Of a stretch of 64,000 bases of DNA, positions 40,605 through 52,024 are shown in pieces (positions within the stretch are counted from its first letter, which is position 1; every line of letters starts with the position of its first letter). Both the position numbers and the translations under genes were made by a program. The stretch covers positions 8,060,001 to 8,124,000 of the forward strand of contig NC_043008.1 of NCBI RefSeq assembly GCF_006345805.1, read 5' to 3'. The notes below the pieces were generated by a model that saw nothing but the letters and a program-made list of their open reading frames with translations, was not told the DNA's origin and made no database searches. This DNA is from Octopus sinensis (lineage: Eukaryota).

Positions 40605-41520
40605 TAATATATAATATACATACATATATATCCGTTATGTTACTCTATGTTTTCCATATGCTAGTGTGTGTATATGTAACAGTTTCAAACTACTAATTTG
40701 GTTTGAATGTGTTTTTCTTATATATGTTTCATGATATTAAATATGGTATTAGATGGTTATCTCAGTTTCGAGGTTGTTTATGGTTACGTATGATACTTTT
40801 TACATAACACGGAAAGAGGAAACTCTTTAATTAAAATATCACTCGGCGTAGAAAATCATTAAATACACAATCCTCTAGGGGTTACACGTTACATACGCCT
40901 AACTTAATTTCGTAAGACACCTGAGCCATGTCTATTACCTTCTTCGACTCTCGATGACTATAATGTAACATATAACTTACAGTAAACAATTGGCCGTCTC
41001 GAGCCAGCGCGGGAGCATCTGCATAGACGTTAGAACTGATAGAAATAGCTGTGGATTTTAGCACCAATCGTTTCAGTTCCGTCTCAAATGCAACATTACA
41101 ATAAAACTAGTTTCTAACCGGACAGAAGAGGAAAATTTCCTAATCTGGCAACGAGCGTATAAGGAACGTAGACGAACACCAATTGCACCCTTTAATTCGT
41201 TATTTACAGAATGGCATTGTTATATTTCTTTTTCTCAAGACTTTTAGCAGAATTTCTTTCCAATATAGGTTTTATTATTTGCGAGTTAATCATTGCTATA
41301 TTATATTGTTATATTAATTATCAGTCTGTGTGAAATGATATTTTCCCCCAGGCGTGGATCCTACATATATTAGCCAAGATTAAAGCTGCAGCAACAATAA
41401 GCAGCTACTTAAAAATTCGTGGGTAAATAGCAGACAATTATGCAAATATAAAACAGGGAATTATAGGTAACAAAACCACTTTTTAGAAGAACTGTGTGTG
41501 TGTGTGCGTCTTTATGTATG

Positions 41521-41574
<54 letters not shown>

Positions 41575-41604
41575 TATATATATATATTTATATATATATA
41601 TATT

Positions 41605-41641
<37 letters not shown>

Positions 41642-41642
<1 letters not shown>

Positions 41643-41953
41643 GAGGCGCAATGGCCCAGTGGTTAGGGCAGCGGACTCGTGGTCGTAGGATCGCGGTTTC
41701 GATTTCCAGACCGGGTGTTGTGAGTGTTTATTGAGCGAAAACACTTAAAAGCTCCCCGAGGCTCCGGTAGGGTGGTGGTGGCGATCCCTGCTGTACTCTT
41801 TCGCCACAACTTTTCTCATTCTTTCTGCTGTTGGCCTGCTCGCTTAGCCAGCGGGTGGCGTCATTTGCAGGCTAAAAAACAATGCGAAGTGCATTGTGAC
41901 CAGCGATGTGTAACACTATCTGATAGCCTGGTCGGTCACGGTGATCACGGTGA
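41642..41953 (+). mobile_element. SINE with the family A head and a different 3' module
   Basis: The first ~185 nt match 13394 onward. It then diverges to ttggcctgctcgcttagccagcggg...gtcacggtgatcacggtgat. Confidence 0.85.
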
Positions 41954-42084
41954 TATATATATATATATTATATATATATATATATATATATGAATATATG
42001 TGTATGTTTGTGTGCGTGTATGTATGAATACATATGTACATATGCGTGTGTTTATATATTCACAGAATGCGACAGTATGTTGGA

Positions 42085-42870
42085 ATCATTCGTATGAATT
42101 TAGAATAAAGTCGCACACCCCATCAAAGAAAATCTCTCTTTGAAAATTTACGGGTATTAATAACGTTAAGAATCCTTTTCCCCACCGATTCAAGGAGTTC
42201 AGAGTTAGCAACAATGAGGGCGTCAATACAGCGCCGGAACGGGGAAATGCCCGAATCAGATGATCTCTAAGTATTTTGGACATAGCGTAGAATATGGCGG
42301 ACATATTCCTTGTTGGTGGATACTCCCAGAACCATCCCAGTTGCTGGGAACTTAGTATGCACAACCTTTGGAACATTGGGGTTTCCATATAATCATCTGT
42401 GGTGGTTTTGGTTATGTTATGGTCTTGAAAGAAGTTTTTTCTCAACAAAGAAAAACCGAAGCATTCCAAATTCTTCATGTTTTAAATGGTTTAGCAAATG
42501 CTAAACAAGTCTCAAACGATTCTCCCTTGTCACACCTGACACAAACTCATCTCACCATATCACATAAGATTTGTATCGGGCGCCCTTATGTGCAACTCCT
42601 GTGATGATACATTCTAAAAACCTCCAGGTTCATTTTAAAGGTTCTGGAGTTTTTACCGATTATTTCTTTGATTTCTTGTGTAAAGTTATGTGTTATGGTA
42701 TTTTGACACTGCGTATGCGTTTTGCGTTTAGCCCCTGGTGCTGGATCGCCATCAGCATATTCCAGCCCCTTTCGAACATTATCAGCAATGGATCGAGCAA
42801 CTTTGAGGAGGCGTGCACATCTACTTCACTAGGCTGCACTTTGAAGCACGCTTTTGTTTTTATTTGCTGA
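42085..42870 (-). mobile_element. Decayed, internally deleted Tc1/mariner-superfamily transposon (probably DD37D-like)
   Basis: Minus-strand pieces: LLKVARSIADNVRKGLE...AKRKTH; RYKSYV...TRENRL...LLNHLKHEEFGMLRFF..EKN; HTKFPATGMVLGV; C-terminal FRRCIDALIVANSELLE. Multiple stops and frameshifts. Confidence 0.8.
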
Positions 42871-43133
42871 GTCAATCTAACATCGGATATTAATTATCAG
42901 AAGATTAAGATAAACTAAAATGTTAGAAGAAAGTTAAAGCTTTTGAGAAAGATGTCTTCTGATAAAAAATAAATGAAAAATAATAAGTAATATATTATAT
43001 CTATAAATATATATGATAAATGATAAATAAAATATATTATATATATATATTTATAATAAATGATAAATATATATATATATATATATATATATTTATGTGT
43101 GTGTGTATGTATGTATGTTTATATATATATATA

Positions 43134-43488
43134 GTTTGTCCGTCGATGCAACGAAGACCATCCAGTCATCCTGTGGTGGGGGTGGGCTTGTTTTGTGAGT
43201 CCGCAGATGGCTTGTGAGGCCAGTCTGCGCTCGAAAGAGTCTTTGACAATGTGGACAGGGAATGAGAGCGCCTGCTACAGGGTTGTCAGCTCTATTCTTC
43301 CTGGCTTGTCCGCGCTCTTCTGCAGCAGCGATCCTATTGGTCTCGCAAGTGTTGGCACCCTTGTGGACAGCCACCCTTCTCTTTCTAGAGCAGACTGCTC
43401 CCAAGTGTCATGGTCGATGTTGAAGGGTTTCAGTGAGACTTTCAGTGTGTCCTTAAAGCGCTTCTTCTGGCCGCCTTGTCTTCGTCGC
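43134..43488 (-). mobile_element. 3' end of an RTE-clade LINE
   Basis: RRRQGGQKKRFKDTLKVSLKPFNIDHDTWEQ (frameshift near 43380) ...AVHKGANTCETNRIAAAEE...CPHCQRLFRAQTGLTSHLRTH. These are typical RTE/BovB C-terminal motifs with a C2H2 finger. Confidence 0.9.
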
Positions 43489-43489
43489 T

Positions 43490-43565
43490 ATGTTCTGAGT
43501 TCAAATTTCGCTGAGGTCGACTTTCCCTTACATCATTTCGGGGTCGATTAATGAAGTACCAGTAC
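43490..43565 (+). mobile_element. SINE family C fragment
   Basis: ttctgagttcaaatttcgctgaggtcgactttccct...ggggtcgattaatgaagtaccag. Confidence 0.75.
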
Positions 43566-43692
43566 CACTCCTCAATGTATTTCTGCCCATTCTTTTTGCA
43601 GTCAGTTTGATCTGTCATGTTTCGTTTGAGGCATTGGTTTCAGGTTCTTCATCTATTTTAGGGTTAATGCCAAGTTCCTTTGCGAATTTGTG
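43566..43692 (-). mobile_element. R4-clade LINE internal fragment adjoining (AAT)n
   Basis: Translates HKFAKELGINPKIDEEPETNASNET*QIKLTAK. It resembles the linker upstream of W..K.LHG in R4-type ORFs (inference). Confidence 0.4.
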
Positions 43693-43739
43693 ATTATTAT
43701 TATTATTATTATTGTTGTTGTTGTTGTTGTTGTTGTTTG

Positions 43740-43799
<60 letters not shown>

Positions 43800-43821
43800 C
43801 ATTACCATTATTATTATTATT

Positions 43822-44168
43822 CAGAAGTCATATTTTAATCACGTGCTTTCACTGCACTACCGAGCGCCGCTCTGTGTCATGGGTATGCGCTGTCGTTTGT
43901 TAAGGTGCTCTTATTTTCATTGTATTAAAAGTGTTTTACGTAGGCTGTGTGTGTGTGCCTTGTAGTGCTATTTTCTGTATGTTATATATACTTATTAGTT
44001 ATAGCAATTTTGTTATCTATTTGTCTGAATATTTTTTCATCATACTAAATGCGCCTACTATGGATAATAATTGTTTCTGTTTTGAGACTCCATTTACAAG
44101 CTACTACTATATCCAGGTCTTTGGTTTATGAAAGTTTCTCTGTTTCTGTTAGAGAAATATTGTCATCT
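43822..44168 (-). mobile_element. 3' end of an R4/Dong-clade LINE (diverged relative of 49912-50258)
   Basis: Alignable by eye with 49912-50258 (...cactaccgagcgc.gctctgtgt...aaagtgttttacgtagg...tgcctt.gtagtgc.attttctgtatgttata). The 3' end abuts (AAT)n. Confidence 0.85.
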
Positions 44169-47100
44169 TGTTGTTGTTGTTAGTGGTGTTGTTGTTAATA
44201 TTATTATCTTAATGCATGATAACATTGCCGCGCTGTAGGGCCGTGCTTCAAATCATCCATGGAGATGTAAGACATTCTAAACCTGCTGAAATATATCATT
44301 CTCTAATTCTGTCAAACCAATTATTTCCGAGATTGAGTATATGACACAGATAGCAAGTAAGTTTGAGAAAGAGATAAGAGCCTACCTCAAGGGAAGCACA
44401 AGCACCTTGCTCTTCAATGGTGGGTTAAGTTGACCTCGGCTGCTCATAGTGTAGACAGCTGGAATGAGTTTATTTGGAAGCAATCTATACGACGCTCAAG
44501 GAAATTCTGAAACTTGGCACAACATGATAATAATGATGAGATAGCAATGATTATATGGTATTCATTGCCATAAACATTTACGAAAGCATGGCATTTCATT
44601 AAAAGAAATATATACATGGTTGGGCTAATACATATAAGTGTCTCTATGTACATACACACATTTGCACATACAGACATACATACACACATATATATATATT
44701 GTACACATAAACTATCAGCTTACATGTATGACGATGTGTATGTAAGTATGCCTGCGTGTGTGTATGAATGTGTGTACGATACGGTTGCTACCACTTAATT
44801 TAACGGAAATATTGCGTTGCAAAGAAAAATCAAAAACCAAAAACCAAAACAAATTATTCCATCTCTTAACAGGTCTTCTTACGTTGTTATATTTTTCTCA
44901 GCTCGTAGTTATTTCATGTAAATAAATATTTGTACAAACTTTTCACTAATATTTGCTGGCTTTTGTTTCTCAATTAAATCATATGTAATGTTTACTAGTA
45001 ATTATATATATTAGAAAACATACCTTTTAAAATTATGAATTAGGAAAAAAAAATTGTTTACGTTTTCTTGCACTCTGATTCAACAGAAGTTGGTTCAGTT
45101 GCCATTCTACTACTTCGCTTTTTCTCTCTCTACGTTTCGTTCTCTATTGATTTATCTATTACAGATCGAAAGAATTCTACCAATGATTATGTGCAATTTA
45201 CGAAAGTTTACTTCTAAAATAACTGTTTTCCAAAATTTTCGACCTTAATGATATTCAAAGGAGTACAAATAATGTATTTATCTAGTTGTGTTCGGTTTTT
45301 TTCTTTCTTTCGTATGTTATACGTTTCTGTTGTTTAAAGTATAATTTTAGAAAGGAAACAACATCTATTCGCTCATATGTGCAAATTATTCGAACATACT
45401 GGCGTATCAATCTAACATATTTGAAATGACAAATATAGATTTCAATCAGTGATACACACATAAACATACATGTATGGAAACTCGTGTACATATACACATG
45501 TCATACAAAATAACGTAATGTACACACACACAGAGACACTCACACACATGTATATAAACCATTTAGATACGTAAATGCATGAATACCAAATATAAACGAT
45601 CATATATACGTGTGGCTGAGGTTATATCTGTATGTGTGTTTGTGAGTAGGGGAACAATGTGGTGCTTAACAGCACGTAAAGTAATCCATGCACAATGCTG
45701 TAGATTTTTTGCCATGTATGAAGAAATTATTCGTTACTCTAAGAATATTTTTTCCAAAGTAAAGTAACCAACAAACTAATAGATATTAAAATATTTCAAA
45801 ATCTTTCCAAAATATCTCACTACTCCAATGCTTTTACCAGCGTAATATTTCTTTGCTTACCTGCATGGCGTGTATTAGCTAGTGCTGCTGTCAACTACGT
45901 TAGATCAAGAAACTTTTTAATAGAATTTTGCTTGTGTAATCAAATGATGTTATGTAAGTTTTATGGTGATTCATAGGTGTGCTCCCTTTCATATTTACTT
46001 TAAAGTTGAATATAAAAGAGTTTGTGTTCCCAATTCAATATTAAAAGTGTATATATATATATTCTCTTTTTTACATGGAAATATATAAGCTGTGTTATAG
46101 GAAAACACATAAAATGAATGCCTTACATAACGTTTATGTACGTATTTCAAACCAAAAGTAGTTCTACACATGTAAGCTAGAACTCTGCGTATGACCATGT
46201 ACATAGCTGTTTAATTTTCGGCGATATGAGTGCAGTCGTAATGTCGGGGCAATATGAACATCTATGCATCATACAAATACTAAAGAGATCATGATTTAGA
46301 CTTCTGTACATAAATGAGCTAGTCAGTGAACGATCGGATCATTTTCCGGCATTGCAAACCATAAACGACTGACCAAGCTGCATCAACCAGCCTGCATGAG
46401 GTCAAGTATGTAACTACAAATAGCATCCACGAAACTGCCAAAGGAAATTCTTGCATCTTTAAAACAGAAGTGCTTACTGCTTAACAAAACATCAGATAGC
46501 ATATAGCTATGGGCATTATTTTCAACACACCTGTGCTCGAAGATGCTTACCAGCCACTTACCTGCATTAATTGCAAATCAAAGATAGGTAAGATCGAACT
46601 TTCAATCAAGATGGTCGAACACAAATAAAAAGACAGTTAGGCACCTTTTATATTTGCCTTGTTTTATTGACCTCTCATGCATCCTATCCCCTCTTGCTTT
46701 CATTCCGTGGGTTAAGAAGTTGTGGAATGTCACATACGTTATGTAAGTGTGAGATGAATAATGATTGTTTCATTCTGAAGTAGACTATAAAAATTATTTT
46801 CTCCCCAGCTCTAGAACGGTGCTACAGAGCCCTAAGTTAAGCATCAGTTCTGAAATTTTGTTCGTACCATAGACAGACTTCTGGCAATTCAGATGAGATA
46901 TTCACGTTTCACTCTGAAAACATATTCATATTTTACTTTTCATATGACCAATTGAACAAACAGAGTCTTACTCTAATGAAGGCTACATATTTTTCAGAAC
47001 ACGGTACTATGCAGCTCTCGACACTTCCGTTTTCTTGCAACTCCTAATAGTATACTGTACTGGGCATTCTGTCTCATTGTATTATCAGTTTCTTTCAATT

Positions 47101-47260
47101 CAAAAGGCGTATGCACTTGCTGTACTGATTAAACATATGCAAATTCTAAAGTTGGAGACACTGAAGCATAAATGTAAAGTGCAGTCATGGAAAAAGATAC
47201 CTAATTAGCATCATTCTCCTTCGCTACCACTCTGTTTCTCTCTCTATCTCTATCTCTTTT

Positions 47261-47309
<49 letters not shown>

Positions 47310-47315
<6 letters not shown>

Positions 47316-47490
47316 GAGAATTCACAAATCACAAAAGACGAAGACAGGTGGTGTAGACAACAAAGACATGTATTAGTATAACGCCCAGGAAGTGCAAAAG
47401 TCTTTAACGTTTCGAGCCTAGCTCTTCCATAGAAAGGAACACAGAAAGAAAGAAGGAAATAACGTAATGTGTAGTGGCTAGCGAACTACA
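47310..47490. mobile_element. Probable Penelope-like terminal-repeat fragment
   Basis: aacgtttcgagcctagctcttccatagaaagg resembles Penelope pLTR motifs as I recall them; no coding support. Confidence 0.3.
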
Positions 47491-47508
47491 TGTGTATACA
47501 TATATATA

Positions 47509-47575
<67 letters not shown>

Positions 47576-48102
47576 ATCAAAATAAGCAACAACTATATCC
47601 AGAGGTAATGCAGTACGATCGTTTCATGCGACTCCATTTAATTGAACAATGTCAATATCACATCAGTTTTAAAATGTAGAGCAATCTTCAGCTGCATAAA
47701 AATATAGAATTTAGTTAAATTCAAAGGATTCATTTCTATAGTTATTCTATTAACCAAAATCACAAAGAGTATATATAGATAGACAAAAGACATGTTTCAT
47801 CAACAACATCATAGTTGTAACTCTTCAGTTACAACTGATGTTGTTGTTGAAAAAAGTTATTTTTATATATTAATATTTATGAATTTTTATGTGTTTGTAA
47901 ATATTTATATGTGTATGAAACTTTATATACTTATAAATGTTCGTGTATATGTATGCATTTATAAATTCTTAGAATTTTTTTTATGTAACATATAGACGAG
48001 TGCATCTATGTACTTTGTATACCGTGAAATATTACGTTAATATGGGTTGAAAGAATATATCGGACTTTGAATTTGTTTTCTCATCACTTTAATTTTATAC
48101 AC

Positions 48103-48144
<42 letters not shown>

Positions 48145-49110
48145 GCACATATACATGCGTGTACATACACACGCATCCAAGTATATGGGCATATACATAC
48201 AACTAGATACAATAACAAATGAACACAGATGAACATGTATACATATATATATATATAAATGTATGTATGTATATATCTATATATGTATACACACGCTCAC
48301 ACACACATATATATATATGCATGTATATATGTATGTATATATATATGTATACACACGCACACACACATATACATATATATAAACACATACACACATACAT
48401 ACACACATAATATATATACATGTATATATATATGGACCTAGATTCTGTGTGTATGTGTGTTCTTTAAATATTTTTGCGTGTGTGAAATTCTCGCTAGGTA
48501 TCGTGTTGCTATATCTAGCAGCGACCAAGTTTCTATATGCAGTTTGACGTACCATTCCAGACTCTTCCTCCTATGAGATCTCTTCTCCTTTGTTTCTAGG
48601 CATAGTTTGTACATTATTGTACCCGAGTAAGTGGTTTGGGGGTCAATGACGACGTACTATTGTCGCGAGTAAGACGGATCTGGCTATTACTAGAACTCAT
48701 AGTAAAATTTCCTCTCACCGCTTGACTTTAGCTGGGAGTGACGAGCTTTGGTTATATAGCTGTTGGCCTTATTGCAAGAGACTCGTGAACCACGCCAAAA
48801 TCGCTGAGGACACACAGGTAATTCGTTGGAAGAGTCCTCATCAACTTTTCCGAGTTTCACTTGAAAAGAATGAGGGTGGAGATGTAAATGCTGCCACTCA
48901 GAAAACTTAATGGTAGACGGGAATAGAAAAGGAGGCTGGAGTGAACAGGCCTAATCCGAGCATACGCCTGTAAAATGTCTGAGCAAAAATTGTAGAGGGC
49001 ACTTCTCTAGTTGTCAAGTTGACTGCGTTTTTACAGGGGTTTCCCTATTCCCCGAGCACCCCTCGTAAGTGAAGTTCAACCTTTCGGGATAGCATGTCTT
49101 GTTTGTATGC

Positions 49111-49189
<79 letters not shown>

Positions 49190-49740
49190 GAGGGAGAGAG
49201 CAGTTCATGCCATCAAAGTGACACTGGGGTAAAATATACGAAGCCCAATATACCCATCATGACTACCCGTCTGATAAGGGTACACCAGGCACATGCATCA
49301 CAACCATATGTGCGCGACATGGTGATCTCATATCAAGATAAACAGCACATGACCTTGCAGGTGGGGCCCAGTTAGAATTTTCTTCAGGTTGAGTAGCCCA
49401 TCCCGCTCAAAAGGTCCCTGAATAAGGGTTGTTTAAGGATGTTGAAAGAACCGCCCATGTTTCCAGAGGTGAAATATTCAAACCCCAAAGAATCCCTCTC
49501 AACACATGGCTATGATGCTCCCCCACTACTGCTCGTGATCAGTGATGCACATATCGTCAGCCACTGAGGGACATGCTCAACTGGTTAAGGTAAAACAACT
49601 GACAAGCAAATCTGTGGTATTGAGCAGAATATTTGCTGTAGCCCATCTTTTATACCAAGACAAAACAATGTACATGATAAAACTTCCAATCAGTTAAGAT
49701 CAGAAGCCATGAGAGCCACTGCCTGGTACTGCATCAGGGC
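49190..49740 (-). mobile_element. Element X: 551-bp non-coding interspersed element flanked on both sides by (AAT)n
   Basis: Sharp boundaries against the (ATT)n tracts at 49113-49189 and 49743-49911. Two further partial copies at 25997 and 26328 share the same start. No long ORF and no TIRs. Confidence 0.8.
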
Positions 49741-49797
<57 letters not shown>

Positions 49798-49862
49798 CAT
49801 TATTATTATTATTATTATTGTTATTGTTATTATTATTGTTGTTGTTGTTGTTATTATTATTA

Positions 49863-49911
<49 letters not shown>

Positions 49912-49914
<3 letters not shown>

Positions 49915-51896
49915 TAGTTTTATTTTTATAGCGTGTTTTCACTTCACTACCGAGCGCAGCTCTGTGTGCCTTGGGTATGTGCTGTGATTTGTTGTGATGC
50001 TCTGATGGTTATTATATGGAAAGTGTTCTGCGTAGGATGTGTGCAGTGCCTAGTAGTGCAATTTTCTGTATGTTATATGTGTTTGTAAGTCCTGGTGTTT
50101 TTGTTATGTATTTGTCTGAATATTTTTTTATCATGCCTAATGCACCTACTATGATAGGAATTGTTTCTGTTTTCAGATTCCACATTCTAGTTACCTCTAT
50201 TTCCAGGTCTTTGTATTTTGAGAGTTTCTCCATTTCTTTTAGAGACACGTTGTCATCTGCCGGTATTGATACATCAATTAGAAAGCTTTTTTTTTCTTCA
50301 TGGTCTCTGACAACTATATCTGGTCTGTTGGCCTTAATTTCTCTATCTGTGTGTATCGGCATATCCCAGAGTATGGTTGCTTTCTCGTTTTCTGTGACGT
50401 TTTCTGGTGTGTGCTTATACCATCTTTTTTCTGTTGTTATTCCATAATGTTGGCATAGCTTCCAATGTATGTAGGTTCCAACTCTGTCATGTCTGTGAAT
50501 ATATTCCTTCTTAGCCAGGACTGGGCAGCTAGAGATAATATGATTTATTGTTTCTTGTCCATCTCCACATATTCTGCAGTTACTTGTAATATTTCTTTTC
50601 ATTACATGTTTTTGGTAATTTCTGGTGGGGAGGCTTTGGTCTTGTGCTGCAATTAAAAATCCCTCTGTTTCTGCTTTGAGTCCTGATCTTCTCAACCATT
50701 GCTGGGATTTTTCTTTGTCTATTTCTTTTGCGTTTAGTTTAGTCCAGTATTTACCATGAAGGGGCTTTTCTTGCCATCGTTTTATCATGGTTCGTTGCTG
50801 TTCTATTTTTAGTTTGGATTTCATTTCTTTTATAGCTTTTGTTGTTTCTTCATCTTCTTCTTCTTCTTCATGTTTATTAGGTGGTATGATTTCTTGTTTG
50901 TATTGGTCAGCTTCCTTAAATACTGAGAACAGTTTTTTGTGTTGCTCGTGTTTTGCCGCTATCTGGATTAGTTTTCCTTCCTTCTGAAGTAGATATTTTT
51001 GCAGTCCTATGGTGGTTACTTTATAGTAGTTTTCCAGCTGTATAAGGCCTCTACCACCTTCTATACGTTGTATATATAGTATTTCTATGTCAGATTTTGG
51101 GTGATGCATCCTAGATCCTGTCATTATTTTTCTTGTTTTCCTATCTATTTTGGTCAGTTCATTTCGTGTCCAGTTAAGGATATTTTAGCTGTAAATTATA
51201 ACTGGGACAGCTAAAGTGTCGATACCTATTATCTTGTTTTTAGCATTGAGCTCTGTGTTTAGTATTGATCTAACTCGTCTATAATATTCTTTTTTTATTT
51301 TCTCTTTCATTTGTGTGTGTTGTGTCTTATCTAGTTCATGGATTCCTAAGTATTTGTAAGTTTGGCTTTGGTCTAATTCTTTTATTTCATTGGTTCTATC
51401 TAGTGTGATGTTGTTACTCTTAACTAGTTTCCCTCTTTTCATGGTTACTTTGGTGCATTTTTCTAATCCAAATTTCATATCTATTTCTTTGGTAAATCCA
51501 TGAACTGTCTTTAATAGTGTTTCCAGCTGTTTGTCATTTGCAGCGTATAGTTTTAGGTCATCCATATATAAAAGGTGGCTGATCGTTTTGCCGTAACATT
51601 TATATCCGCATCCAGTTCTATTTAGCATATCAGATAGAGGTGACAGTGCCAAGCAGAAAAGGAGTGGAGAGAGCGTGTCTCCCTGGAATATTCCTCTTCT
51701 AATGGGGATGTCTTTGGTTTTCATGAGTCCCTCTTTTGTTTGGAGGTGTATGACTGTTTGCTATTTATTCATAGAGTGCTCTATGAATTTTATGATTGTT
51801 GGTGCTACTTTGTTAATGGCTAGTGTTTCGAGGATCCATGTGTGGGGGATGCTGTCAAACGCCTTTTTGTAGTCAATCCAGGACATACTGAGGCCT

Positions 51897-51899
<3 letters not shown>
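49912..51899 (-). mobile_element. 5'-truncated R4/Dong-clade non-LTR retrotransposon (RT + CCHC + RLE), pseudogenised by two in-frame stops
   Basis: One continuous frame: WIDYKKAFDSIPH...(TAG 51761-63)...RGIFQGDTLSPLLF...HLLYMDDLKLYA...YKYLG...(TAA 51185-87)...CRICGDGQETINHIISSC...RHDRV...NRPDIVV...IDVSIP...EKLSKYKDL...QKIALLGTAHILRRTLSI*. 3' UTR of ~100 nt, then (AAT)n. Confidence 0.93.

Positions 51900-52024
<125 letters not shown>

Noticed and set aside
42086-42478. 130-aa minus ORF as a host gene
   Set aside because: It is a mostly out-of-frame reading of a decayed Tc1/mariner transposase.
49680-49740. Hammerhead or HDV ribozyme at the start of element X (CTGATG)
   Set aside because: The core reads CTGATGC rather than CTGANGA, and I found no matching GAAA/stem arrangement or nearby HDV P1 partner by eye.
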